Positions 54,820 through 63,946 of a stretch of DNA of 64,000 bases are shown here, piece by piece. Location: the sequence record PZ386970.1; one strand, 5' to 3'. The notes below the pieces were generated by a model, which saw only the letters and a list, made by a program, of their open reading frames with translations, did no database searches and was not told the DNA's origin. The position numbers and the translations under genes were made by a program. Positions within the stretch are counted from its first letter, which is position 1. Every line of letters starts with the position of its first letter. Origin of the DNA: a phage.

Positions 54820-55245
54820 TTAACTTAAACGTCTTTCTAAATATTCAATGTATTCTGCGGCTGCTTGCATCAGGTTACCTTCATATCCGTCATTATTTTC
54901 TTGTCCGGCTAATTTAGCTAATGCATAAGAAATTCGTTCACCTTCGAATTCACCAAGTTTACTACCTAGCACATCCGCAATATCAGCCGAATCAATTTCT
55001 TCGAGTTCATCTATTGAATGGGATTCCCAGAAGCACCAAAGAGAAGTATCACGGTCATAGATGCAAAGTTTCTCACCTGTGTTCAACATCACTTCGTTAA
55101 TGCCATGGTCGCCATAACCATCCTCGGTAGTAGTACCAATTACCTTGATGATTGTTCCTTTCTTTAATTCAGGAAACTTGGCTTGTAGTTCTTCATCTTC
55201 TTTAACAATCTTGAACCATTTACCGCGAGTTTCAGAAATATTCAT
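54820..55245 (-). CDS. hypothetical acidic protein at the pin position (141 aa from MNISETRG)
   Basis: synteny only; track start overlaps upstream ORF and was trimmed. Confidence 0.35.
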   Translation of the reverse strand: MNISETRGKWFKIVKEDEELQAKFPELKKGTIIKVIGTTTEDGYGDHGINEVMLNTGEKLCIYDRDTSLWCFWESHSIDELEEIDSADIADVLGSKLGEFEGERISYALAKLAGQENNDGYEGNLMQAAAEYIEYLERRLS

Positions 55246-55246
55246 A

Positions 55247-55444
55247 TCAATATTCTCTATAAAAGTTACGATGAGAACGTTTAGCTTTGCGAAGCTGACG
55301 TTTAGTAGGACGAACTGTAAATGGTTGTCCAGAGAAAAAATTCGGATCGGTTTTAATAAGCAAATACCAATCATGCTTGCCATTTTTTAATAAACGGTAC
55401 AATAATTTAACTTGCATAATAATCTCTTCCCATTTCCATATCAA
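55247..55444 (-). CDS. hypothetical small protein with basic VRPTKRQ tail (65 aa)
   Basis: C-terminal FTVRPTKRQLRKAKR shared with ORF 25561-25773. Confidence 0.4.
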   Translation of the reverse strand: MIWKWEEIIMQVKLLYRLLKNGKHDWYLLIKTDPNFFSGQPFTVRPTKRQLRKAKRSHRNFYREY

Positions 55445-55545
55445 TTAATTCATTTATTGAAGGTTCATCATAACACGTTTCTTCGTCGTTGTAAACTGTT
55501 TCGACGTCTGGCTCGACTGTCTCCCATCGAGCGGTATACCATGGT

Positions 55546-55881
55546 TTAACCCCGGAGTTTATTGAGCTCTTCATAATCAACCCAGGATTCTAGCCCAGAT
55601 GGCAAAGCTGATTCAACGTTCCACAGAAGCTCTTCGATGGCTTGTAGGCGATTATATTCTTCAACAGTAATAGTAACCATTGTTTCAGGCTTTTTAACCA
55701 TCATGTCATTCATCAGAATGTACAGGTCTTCACAAACAGCCGGGTCGTCCCATGTCCATATTTCAGCATCTCGAACCAATGAAGTCGGAATCGAATTTAA
55801 AACTTCAAGCTTAGTAGGAGCGTCAGGGCCGAGAAGAGTTGCTACAAATTTATATGCTTTGGCGAAATCAATATCGTTCAT
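55546..55881 (-). CDS. hypothetical acidic protein (111 aa)
   Basis: ORF only. Confidence 0.45.
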   Translation of the reverse strand: MNDIDFAKAYKFVATLLGPDAPTKLEVLNSIPTSLVRDAEIWTWDDPAVCEDLYILMNDMMVKKPETMVTITVEEYNRLQAIEELLWNVESALPSGLESWVDYEELNKLRG

Positions 55882-56141
55882 TTAAAATATTCTCGCAGTT
55901 GGTCAAATCCACCAATGTGACTTCCGTCAGGAGCAAACACTTGAGGCATAGTCAATCCAACTTGTGATTCACGTCCAAGCTTAACCAGAAGCTCAGCAAT
56001 TTTCTCATCGTCGAACACACCTTTTTCTGGCATAACATTAATGAATTCGAATGGCTGTTTCTTAACAGTCAGCAATCGTTTCGCATTATCACAATAAATG
56101 CATTTATGAATAGTAGAGTCATACCCGTACACTTTAAACAT
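55878..56141 (-). CDS. nrdC: glutaredoxin/thioredoxin NrdC
   Basis: MFKVYGYDSTIHKCIYCDNAKRLL...TMPQVFAPDGSHIGGFDQLREYFK near-identical to T4 NrdC; 87 aa. Confidence 0.85.
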   Translation of the reverse strand: MFKVYGYDSTIHKCIYCDNAKRLLTVKKQPFEFINVMPEKGVFDDEKIAELLVKLGRESQVGLTMPQVFAPDGSHIGGFDQLREYFK

Positions 56142-56547
56142 TATTTTTCCTTTCATCGATTAAATATGCAATGCCAAATACAATACATGTAATAAAACCT
56201 GTGATACAGATAGAAACCAACAACACTGTACCAAAGAACCAAATCAAGTTATCTTTAGTAGTTTGTTTGATATCCATCTCACGAATTTCTATAGCTATCG
56301 TATCACCTTTATTCAGAAGCGTATAAAACGATGGTGATACATGCCTGTCAAAAACTCGACCTTGTTCATCTTTATAAACTGCAATAAATTCCAATTTAGA
56401 ATATTTTCCTGTAGATTGGCCTGAGATTAATTCCACTACCTCCACAGGAATTACTTTAGTTTCCATGTAAGTATTCTGGCTGTTCCAAATGAATGGAATG
56501 ATGGCAAAAACTAAAGCTGCGATAAAACAACGAAGGCTATATCTCAT
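56134..56547 (-). CDS. membrane protein (137 aa)
   Basis: N- and C-terminal TM helices. Confidence 0.45.
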   Translation of the reverse strand: MRYSLRCFIAALVFAIIPFIWNSQNTYMETKVIPVEVVELISGQSTGKYSKLEFIAVYKDEQGRVFDRHVSPSFYTLLNKGDTIAIEIREMDIKQTTKDNLIWFFGTVLLVSICITGFITCIVFGIAYLIDERKNNV

Positions 56548-56852
56548 TATAATGTTCTCTCAAATTTGTGGAAGCATTTACGGCATTTCAATTTCAAGTT
56601 ATCAGTGGTCCAGTTAACCAGTTGGACTTGGATAGTTCCACATTCCGGGCATGGGTGTTTTGCTGCCGATTTGGCAGCATTTTCACGTCGTTCAACCATT
56701 TTCATTATTTCGTTCCATGCCGGAGGAACGAACTCTTCTTCACCGTGGATTTTATCTCGCTGAACAAATTCAATCTTTGAACTATCGTCAATAAACTTAA
56801 CCAAGCCATGATTAGTGCTCATATCAATATCCTCTAAAAGACGTAGTTTCAT
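56547..56852 (-). CDS. zinc-ribbon protein (101 aa)
   Basis: CPECG...CRKC motif. Confidence 0.45.
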   Translation of the reverse strand: MKLRLLEDIDMSTNHGLVKFIDDSSKIEFVQRDKIHGEEEFVPPAWNEIMKMVERRENAAKSAAKHPCPECGTIQVQLVNWTTDNLKLKCRKCFHKFERTL

Positions 56853-57799
56853 TATAACACCTCAATGGCATTTCGTAAACCGTCCGCTTTCGCATTCAGA
56901 GCTTTTAACGATTTAGTCTGTTCTTTAATCTGGGCTTCGACTTCTTTCAGACGAGATTTGAGGTACTCACGTTCTTCGCTCAAGTTGTCAACTTTTTCTA
57001 CTTTAGGTTCTTTAATAGTCTTAAGTTTATACTCGTTAGGGTTCTTCAGCTTAATTCGGGTGCGAGAACTGAATAACATTGAACCGTTATCTTCGGATTC
57101 GTCGAACGTTTCAACAACATCCATAGTCTCTAACAATGTAATAAGTTTATAAGACAACGAACGAATAGTTTTGTTGTGCTTATTAATTTCTTCGGCTTTC
57201 ATGGTACCGAGATTACGTGAGTAATAATAAGGAACCTGGATATTAATTGATAATGATGCGTTACCATTACCGGTTGGTTTGAATACTGCAGTAACCCAAT
57301 CTTTAACATGAACTTTATTTGTACGACCATCACCACCTGTGAATAATTTACGAGAATGTTTAAAAAGCATATTCACTTGGTTATTGAATTCACAAGCAAA
57401 TTTATCAGCAAATTTAGTTTCAGGAATGGTAGAGAACCAATCGGCTAAATGGGTCTTTTTAACATCGTTAATAATAGTAAATTCAACTAAATCTGATTTA
57501 GATTCCACTGATTTGAAGCATGGCTTCATAAAGTTTTTAATATTATCGCGAGCTACAGTAGAAGATAATAAACGAGAACGTTTGAACCATTGAAGCAGTG
57601 TCCCTAATGAATGAGAATACGCATTCTGAGTATCTTTACAGATATGATTTTCTTGGTCTGTGTATGTACCAAAATCTCGAAGAATACCACTTACTACATC
57701 TCGGTGTGGAACATCAAATCCTAGTGTACCAGTGGCGCGCTGAGCATGAACGTTAGCGATAAGACCGGCAAAGTATTCAATGTAATGTGAACGTGTCAT
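56852..57799 (-). CDS. hypothetical protein (315 aa) with C-terminal coiled coil
   Basis: ATG ORF downstream of family B promoter. Confidence 0.5.
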   Translation of the reverse strand: MTRSHYIEYFAGLIANVHAQRATGTLGFDVPHRDVVSGILRDFGTYTDQENHICKDTQNAYSHSLGTLLQWFKRSRLLSSTVARDNIKNFMKPCFKSVESKSDLVEFTIINDVKKTHLADWFSTIPETKFADKFACEFNNQVNMLFKHSRKLFTGGDGRTNKVHVKDWVTAVFKPTGNGNASLSINIQVPYYYSRNLGTMKAEEINKHNKTIRSLSYKLITLLETMDVVETFDESEDNGSMLFSSRTRIKLKNPNEYKLKTIKEPKVEKVDNLSEEREYLKSRLKEVEAQIKEQTKSLKALNAKADGLRNAIEVL

Positions 57800-57819
57800 A
57801 ATATTTTCCTCTCGTTAAG

Positions 57820-57857
57820 ATAGATTTATTATACTCCAACCATCCTTGGTTGTACAT
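57820..57857 (-). promoter_or_regulatory. early-type promoter (family B): TGTACAACCAAGGATGGTTGGAGTATAAT
   Basis: near-identical to 14895-14930. Confidence 0.55.
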
Positions 57858-58852
57858 CATTCCTTAAGAAGTTTTACTACTTGAATAAGATTAGCTCGTT
57901 CTGTTTTATTTTTACCGTTCAATCCGGCCAGTCGCGAGATTTCATCGTCAATCTGTTGAATAGTTACATTAAGTTCGTTAATCAAAGCTTCAAAGTATTT
58001 GATTTGCTCAGCATGTTTTGATTCAAATTTCTGAACCGGAATAACGTCTTGGTTCAGTTCATCAATAAGGTCTTTAAGAGCATCTTCTTGGTTGATATCG
58101 TATTCAACTTCTTTTATTTCTTCAACGAGCTCGTCTTTATATCTAACGTCTTTTAGTCCTGAAGCTGGTCCTGAAATCTCTTCTTTAAGAGTACAAACAT
58201 ATCCAATACGGTATCCAATGCCGTCTCGCTTGATATCAACTTCGTCGATAAATCCACAATGTTTAAGCCCGGAGCCAATTAGGTCAAAATATCCTTGACG
58301 TCGTCCTTCAAACGTTACACGAACTACTAAGACAGTTTTACCTGCAACCTTTTGAAGCTCACATTTATAAAAGTCAGTTGAACCTGAATAACGTGGATGA
58401 GTTTTAAAGTTCATCTGACGATCTAGACCCATTTGTAAACGTGCTGATACGGCCAGAAAACGTGTTTGGTTCTCGTTAAGATGAGCAACAATCCATTTCA
58501 AAGGCATTTTACCCTGTTCACGGCCGAACAAATCAGTACGTCCTAAATTACGCAGGATATTGTTAGAGTTAATCATCGACAGAACGTTAAGTTTATTCAG
58601 CGCGCTGAAGATTCCATCAGCCATTGATTTTCCATAACCTTTACACGCTTTAATAAGTGCTCGCGGCAGATTAGTATAGATTTCAGACGGCATATGAAAA
58701 TCAAATTTACTAGTCAGTAATTGATGAACTTGGATAGCAATTTGTTCATAATTAAGTGCTCTGCGATCATTATGGTCTTTAAACCACACTTTAATCTGTG
58801 AAGCACATAAACCGTTAATTTCATGTTTTACCGCATCAGATGTAATGCTCAT
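57857..58852 (-). CDS. hypothetical protein (331 aa) with C-terminal coiled coil
   Basis: ORF only. Confidence 0.5.
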   Translation of the reverse strand: MSITSDAVKHEINGLCASQIKVWFKDHNDRRALNYEQIAIQVHQLLTSKFDFHMPSEIYTNLPRALIKACKGYGKSMADGIFSALNKLNVLSMINSNNILRNLGRTDLFGREQGKMPLKWIVAHLNENQTRFLAVSARLQMGLDRQMNFKTHPRYSGSTDFYKCELQKVAGKTVLVVRVTFEGRRQGYFDLIGSGLKHCGFIDEVDIKRDGIGYRIGYVCTLKEEISGPASGLKDVRYKDELVEEIKEVEYDINQEDALKDLIDELNQDVIPVQKFESKHAEQIKYFEALINELNVTIQQIDDEISRLAGLNGKNKTERANLIQVVKLLKE

Positions 58853-58914
58853 AACTATTTCCTCAGATTGAATTGGAACTCAAAACCATTATAACCCGTC
58901 CTTGGGTAAAGCGT

Positions 58915-59442
58915 TTATGCGTGAACCGACTTTAAACGTTCTTCAAATTTCCGAAGAGTACTAATACGTTCTGCTTTCTGTTTTGTGTAGTTTGCAATAC
59001 GTTCTGAAGTGAGAGCGTATCGTTCGTTTACTGATTCTTTCATGAAGTCAGGGATTTCACGAGAAGCTTTAATTTCATCAAACTTATCGAGTACTGCCTG
59101 GTCTTCAGCAATTAAATTTTCGTACATCTCGATATCTTTCTTGATGAAGTCGATATCTTCCTGGGTTACTTTGGATAAACGAGATGCTTTATCCTTTTTG
59201 TACTGCTCGTTAGTTTCACGAGACCAGAATAATGTACGTTTTTTATTAGTGTTTTTGTAGACTTCCACAATTCCAACTGAATCGATGATAACAATCCAAT
59301 TCCAGCGAGATTTGAAAATCTGACCTCCATCCACGGTAATCTCGTTACCATAAGCAACGTCATTAAAGAACTTGCTCTGTGCTTCAGATTTAAATTTACC
59401 GTCGTTATAATTTACCAGGTTGAAAATATCTTTAGCGTTCAT
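58915..59442 (-). CDS. hypothetical protein (175 aa)
   Basis: ATG ORF downstream of family A promoter. Confidence 0.5.
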   Translation of the reverse strand: MNAKDIFNLVNYNDGKFKSEAQSKFFNDVAYGNEITVDGGQIFKSRWNWIVIIDSVGIVEVYKNTNKKRTLFWSRETNEQYKKDKASRLSKVTQEDIDFIKKDIEMYENLIAEDQAVLDKFDEIKASREIPDFMKESVNERYALTSERIANYTKQKAERISTLRKFEERLKSVHA

Positions 59443-59454
59443 GTTTTACCTCCA

Positions 59455-59496
59455 GTAGTTGATAGGTCTATAATAACATAACCATAGACCTTGTAA
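59455..59496 (-). promoter_or_regulatory. early-type promoter (family A)
   Basis: GTTTACA, 17 nt, TATTAT then AGACCTATCAACTAC. Confidence 0.55.
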
Positions 59497-59500
59497 ACAA

Positions 59501-59788
59501 CTAAAAGAAACTTTTTTCGGTATTTTTTCCACTGAACCAAACCGACTTCGGGTTTTTTTGTAATTTTTCAGATTTAAGTTTCTCTTCCTGTTCTTTCTTA
59601 TATACACCCTTGTCGTACTGGAGCATCTCTATGGCACTCTTTTGCAAACGATCTAAGGTAATTAAGGCTTTAGTTTTTCCTTTCAAGGAAGAGTCCTGGC
59701 GAACCTCCTCGCTATATTGCATTGTAGAACTAACCATACGATGAGCATAGAGTTCGACTGCGGCTTTAATTTTTTGCATAAAATCCAT
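59501..59788 (-). CDS. hypothetical protein (95 aa)
   Basis: ORF only; overlaps an alternative frame ORF. Confidence 0.3.
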   Translation of the reverse strand: MDFMQKIKAAVELYAHRMVSSTMQYSEEVRQDSSLKGKTKALITLDRLQKSAIEMLQYDKGVYKKEQEEKLKSEKLQKNPKSVWFSGKNTEKSFF

Positions 59789-59926
59789 AACATATCCTCT
59801 TTGATTTGTACATCATTATTTTTAAATATTTCTATGCCCTCAGTAGGTTCCTGGTGTCCTTCTTTGAGGTAAGCTATATGATTATTCATCTTTATGGCTT
59901 TTGTTACCTCAGAACTTCCTATAAGC

Positions 59927-60907
59927 TTATTTCAGTAAAGTTACTTCAGAGATTTCCTCCCAACCATCTTTATCAGTTGAAATAAAATCTGCTACATAAA
60001 GAGCCGTACGTAATGATACATTGCGAAGACGAGATACGTTAGCCTTCATCCAGGACAATGCTTTATACGTTTCTGCATCCGTCAGACCACGTTTCTGCAT
60101 CATGTCAGTAGATAATATTACATCTTCAACTCGAACCATAATCTCTTCATTAGAGTGTACTCCAAGGTCGAGATACACTGAACGAGATACTAAAGCTTGA
60201 AGGTGCGGAGCAAGTTTCGAACCACGTTCTAACTCTTTATCGATATCAACGTTTGTAATGAAAACGATAGTACCTTCAAACTCAAATTCTTTATCAATAC
60301 CCTTATCATCGAGATAAGATGACGCAGTACTCCAACAAACTTTGCGTTTATCGCCAGTATCCAATGCTGCTTTAAGAAGGTTCAGGATGTCCATATCCGA
60401 GAATACGTCAACGTCGTCGATTAAGAGAACGCTGTCTGCATCACGGTTGAGCCAAAGTTGTTCGTAAAGGCCAATACCAGAGATTTTGCCATTAATGCTT
60501 TTGTATTTGATGAAACCGTTATCATTAGCATTATTAAGTGCTTTATCCAGAGAATACGTCTTACCAATACCAGCTGCACCTGAAATAATGAGTGAACGAA
60601 TTTTGCCATCGATAATGCCATTCGTCATCATGTTCATTACTTTAAAGCGTTTGTTGATACGAGTTTTCATATCTTCAGTGCTTTCAACAACTGCAACTGG
60701 TGATGTCTCAACTCCTTCCATTACGATGTCTGATTTGAAGACCCATACTCCACGTTCAGAACCATCAATCATAACGAAAATTTTACCATCACCTAAGTGG
60801 GAACATTCAGGATTAAGCTTTGCCGGGAACCATGTCTTTGTGGCAACATAAGAACCAGAGATTTCGTTATTACGATAGATACCTTTTTTGATTTGAACGT
60901 TGAACAT
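59927..60907 (-). CDS. P-loop NTPase (AAA-like), about 326 aa from MFNVQIKKG
   Basis: Walker A SGAAGIGKT, Walker B LLIDDVD; start trimmed to the ATG preceded by GGAGAA RBS. Confidence 0.55.
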   Translation of the reverse strand: MFNVQIKKGIYRNNEISGSYVATKTWFPAKLNPECSHLGDGKIFVMIDGSERGVWVFKSDIVMEGVETSPVAVVESTEDMKTRINKRFKVMNMMTNGIIDGKIRSLIISGAAGIGKTYSLDKALNNANDNGFIKYKSINGKISGIGLYEQLWLNRDADSVLLIDDVDVFSDMDILNLLKAALDTGDKRKVCWSTASSYLDDKGIDKEFEFEGTIVFITNVDIDKELERGSKLAPHLQALVSRSVYLDLGVHSNEEIMVRVEDVILSTDMMQKRGLTDAETYKALSWMKANVSRLRNVSLRTALYVADFISTDKDGWEEISEVTLLK

Positions 60908-60934
60908 TTTATTCTCCAATTTACTCATTTCGTT

Positions 60935-60974
60935 TCGATAGGTCTATAATAACATGTTTAAAGCAAAAGTAAAC
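60935..60974 (-). promoter_or_regulatory. early-type promoter (family A)
   Basis: GTTTAC, 17 nt, TATTAT then AGACCTATCGAAAC. Confidence 0.55.
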
Positions 60975-60976
60975 AA

Positions 60977-61195
60977 TTATTTGCGACGAGATTTTTTGGT
61001 AAGAGGTTGAAAGAACACTGCTTTACCTGCCGGGGTTAAGGTGACTCGTAATGCGTTACCGATTCCTAAGGATGCTTTAACTAGTCCTTTAGCTTTCAGT
61101 TCACCGAATGCTTGACGTTGGTCTGCATCACGAGTGTTAACCATAAGACCTTTATCACCAGCTTCACGAATCATTTCTAACATTTTGGTTTTCAT
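60977..61195 (-). CDS. hypothetical small protein (72 aa from MKTKMLEMIREAG)
   Basis: track N-terminus IIDLSKQEEN is promoter read-through; trimmed. Confidence 0.45.
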   Translation of the reverse strand: MKTKMLEMIREAGDKGLMVNTRDADQRQAFGELKAKGLVKASLGIGNALRVTLTPAGKAVFFQPLTKKSRRK

Positions 61196-61210
61196 TTTGT
61201 TCTCCTCTTG

Positions 61211-61251
61211 TTTTGATAGGTCTATAATAACATATCCTAAAAGCATGTACA
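61211..61251 (-). promoter_or_regulatory. early-type promoter (family A, -35 variant GTGTACA)
   Basis: TATTAT then AGACCTATCAAAACAAGAGGAG. Confidence 0.5.
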
Positions 61252-61276
61252 CTACTTTTTAAAAATATTTTGACCC

Positions 61277-61299
61277 CCTAAAGGGACCCGAAGGTCCCC
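61277..61299 (-). terminator. UUCG-tetraloop hairpin (GGGACC-UUCG-GGUCCC)
   Basis: stem-loop directly 3' of the secreted-protein gene; weak U tail. Confidence 0.4.
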
Positions 61300-61303
61300 A
61301 CAT

Positions 61304-61570
61304 TTACTTATCGCACTTAGCAACATAATTAGGCATATCACAGAATACGGAGCGAGTAACTACTCGGCCCTTTGACCATGCTTCAGTTGCTTGTCCTGCC
61401 GTGCTATTAATATAGCTTGATTTAATGTTCTCAATACCCTGAGAATGTGATGCATTTACCGAACCGTTGGAAGGTGCAGAAGACTGGTTACCACCAGCTC
61501 CTGTACCTGTGGTAGCACCAACAGAGAATGCCATCATTACTGCGAATAAACCAATTACTAATTTTTTCAT
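61304..61570 (-). CDS. putative secreted/periplasmic protein (88 aa)
   Basis: signal peptide MKKLVIGLFAVMMAFSVGA; late promoter upstream. Confidence 0.5.
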   Translation of the reverse strand: MKKLVIGLFAVMMAFSVGATTGTGAGGNQSSAPSNGSVNASHSQGIENIKSSYINSTAGQATEAWSKGRVVTRSVFCDMPNYVAKCDK

Positions 61571-61601
61571 ATTTACCTCAAGTTAAGAGTTATTTATCTA
61601 C

Positions 61602-62591
61602 TTATTTATAGTAAGAATTATGATTTTCGAGATAGACTTGCTCAAGGAAATCATCCCAGAAACTCATATCTACTTTTTGTTGCATACCGTTCTTAGCGGC
61701 CTGTTCTGATGCTTGTTCTACCTGGTCAACGATATCTTCTAGGAATTCTTGTACAGTTTTAAACGTATGTTTACCAAGCTTAACATCGAGAATAAATGGA
61801 GCATCTTGAAGTGGGTAAACCAGGTCGCCGGTTTTATAAATTTCCAATAGTTGAAGTCCACCACGACATGCATGACTCAATGCTTTCCAGTCAATACCTT
61901 CGTTAGCTTCTGCCTTACGAGCACGTTCACCGTAGTTCTCTTCCAGTTTAACCAGGATGGCATTGAACTCTTTATTGGTTAACGTGTCTTGGAATTTACG
62001 GTCTAACAGACTATAGAACGTTTGCTTACCTGTTTTCTCGTTTTCGGTTTCAACCCATGAAGCAAATTCACCTACAGGCAGAACATTCTTCATATGTGAT
62101 AAACGAATTACTGCACCATTATCAAAGTATTGTCCCCATTCATTAGAACGTTTAAGGGCTTGACGAAGAACAGCCAGTCGAGAACCCTTGACACCGTATT
62201 TAGAAGCTTGCTTACGGACATACCCTAAATAAGATTTCATGTTAGTGGTATAGAAACGAGACCTGTTATCTTGAATATACTTCCATACATCAGGCAAATC
62301 AGATTTAACTACTAGACTTTGTGGAGTGTGAAGCATATCTAATGCGACGGTTTCACCATCCGCAGCTAGTTTAAAGAAATATTTGAGACTATATAACTCA
62401 TGGTCCACGTCGTCTTTTGTGTTCTTAGAAGATGTGTTATTCGTGTTCTTGCTCATATGTTCTTTAACGTTACCGGTCAAGATATCACGAGCATGAGGGA
62501 CATAAATTTCTTTAAAATCGACGTCAGATTCAGGAGTAGACGTTCCATAAAGGTGGCTACCAAAGTAGCCTTTCATAATTGTTTTCATCAT
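61602..62591 (-). CDS. nucleotidyltransferase-fold protein (329 aa)
   Basis: GSHLYGTSTPESDVDF resembles the Pol-beta-type NTase motif (G[SG]...DxD). Confidence 0.45.
   Translation of the reverse strand: MMKTIMKGYFGSHLYGTSTPESDVDFKEIYVPHARDILTGNVKEHMSKNTNNTSSKNTKDDVDHELYSLKYFFKLAADGETVALDMLHTPQSLVVKSDLPDVWKYIQDNRSRFYTTNMKSYLGYVRKQASKYGVKGSRLAVLRQALKRSNEWGQYFDNGAVIRLSHMKNVLPVGEFASWVETENEKTGKQTFYSLLDRKFQDTLTNKEFNAILVKLEENYGERARKAEANEGIDWKALSHACRGGLQLLEIYKTGDLVYPLQDAPFILDVKLGKHTFKTVQEFLEDIVDQVEQASEQAAKNGMQQKVDMSFWDDFLEQVYLENHNSYYK
61603..61610 (-). promoter_or_regulatory. late promoter TATAAATA
   Basis: exact TATAAATA about 33 nt before the ATG at 61570. Confidence 0.5.
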
Positions 62592-63061
62592 TTAGCCTTA
62601 TATTCAAGAGTAGGACAGACTTTTTCTTTACGAGCTTTAAGGTATTCACCTATTAATGATTTCTTACGTTCAATAGGCTCAAGTCCATTTTTAATTCGTT
62701 CTTGGTTTTGCGCAATGAGCTCAATTTCTTTATAATATTTTCTGTCGTTATATTTGTCTAACAACCAAGACGGACCAATTACCAACCCGGTAGCAATAAA
62801 AGCCATGACTGCTACAATTAAAATGCCTACACCAATTGAGGCTGGAACTAATGTCCATAGACTGCTAAAAACAAAGAATTTAGTTAAAATTTCCTGGCCA
62901 ATGATTGTGACTGCTGCTAAAATCGCAAATCCAATAATTGAAACAGCCAATACCGGGATTAACGTTTTCCAAAAATAAGCACACAACGTTTTCGGACGAT
63001 TCCATGTACTATTGAACGCGGCATAAATTTTAAAGTGCCAAGAGTTTTCATTGATAATCAT
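62588..63061 (-). CDS. membrane protein (157 aa)
   Basis: multiple TM helices. Confidence 0.45.
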   Translation of the reverse strand: MIINENSWHFKIYAAFNSTWNRPKTLCAYFWKTLIPVLAVSIIGFAILAAVTIIGQEILTKFFVFSSLWTLVPASIGVGILIVAVMAFIATGLVIGPSWLLDKYNDRKYYKEIELIAQNQERIKNGLEPIERKKSLIGEYLKARKEKVCPTLEYKAK

Positions 63062-63070
63062 AATAATTCC

Positions 63071-63613
63071 TTATTTCAAAGTCGGGATAATAGAATCGAG
63101 ATAAGCTTTAAGAGCAACCGCTTCATCTTTGTCTAATGTAACGATATGCTGACGAAGGTCATCAATTTGGCGAATAACTACGACATCACCGTCTTCATAA
63201 GAAGGATTAACGCCTAGGACTGTTGTATAGTCAGGGCGGTCCTGATTTGTAATAAAAGCATTACGGCATTTAGCCCATTGAAGTTTGGCCTTTTTGGCTG
63301 TTTCAGATTCCACGAATTCTTTCACCTTAGTGACGAATGTTTTCCAATTATTAATAGAAAGGCATTCATCTTCTGTTTCGATATTAACCCCACTATAAAG
63401 GCCGTGATAAAAACGAACTTGAAGGTCTTCATCGATGTTAATTACAGATGCATGGCCGGGCGGATTGAGTTTCAAAATCTTGTCCAGTTCCATAGGAAGA
63501 ATAGTAATAGAATCATCTTCTTGTGTCAGAACATACACATAACCGCGTTTTTCGATACATAAATCGCCAAACAACTCGGTTGTTTCAATTACGGTTTTCA
63601 TATTATTCACCAA
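63071..63613 (-). CDS. hypothetical protein (180 aa)
   Basis: ORF only. Confidence 0.45.
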   Translation of the reverse strand: MVNNMKTVIETTELFGDLCIEKRGYVYVLTQEDDSITILPMELDKILKLNPPGHASVINIDEDLQVRFYHGLYSGVNIETEDECLSINNWKTFVTKVKEFVESETAKKAKLQWAKCRNAFITNQDRPDYTTVLGVNPSYEDGDVVVIRQIDDLRQHIVTLDKDEAVALKAYLDSIIPTLK

Positions 63614-63782
63614 TTAAAGTTTCAACAAAATTCACCAAAGCATTCTGGCAAGCGTCAACCTGATTTTCATAAAAGTCTCCGTTATCATTTACCGCATGAT
63701 AAGCTACATCACTCAAATCTGAATCGGCTTCACGTAAGTCACGGATAAGGTCCATCAATTTATTAGCTTGTTCACGGGTCAT
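63603..63782 (-). CDS. hypothetical small acidic protein (about 58 aa)
   Basis: manual translation MTREQANKLMDLIRDLREADSD...; coordinates approximate. Confidence 0.25.
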   Translation of the reverse strand: MTREQANKLMDLIRDLREADSDLSDVAYHAVNDNGDFYENQVDACQNALVNFVETLIGE

Positions 63783-63904
63783 TTTACCATACTCGTTTCA
63801 ATAAGATTCACTATGCCGTTTACCATGTTATAAGTAAACATCGGATAATTGTATTGTACTACAACATAAGCGATAAGCAAAAGTTTCATTTTGTTCTCCA
63901 ATTG

Positions 63905-63946
63905 TTTTGATAGGACTACTATAACATAGTCCTACCAAGATGTAAA
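63905..63946 (-). promoter_or_regulatory. early-type promoter (family A)
   Basis: GTTTACA, 18 nt, TATAGT then AGTCCTATCAAAACAA. Confidence 0.55.

Noticed and set aside
281-63946. The repeated 40-bp motif as a possible CRISPR array or dispersed mobile repeat
   Set aside because: Copies are dispersed, each sits at a fixed distance upstream of a start codon, and contains -35/-10 hexamers with 17-18 nt spacing; this is promoter behaviour.
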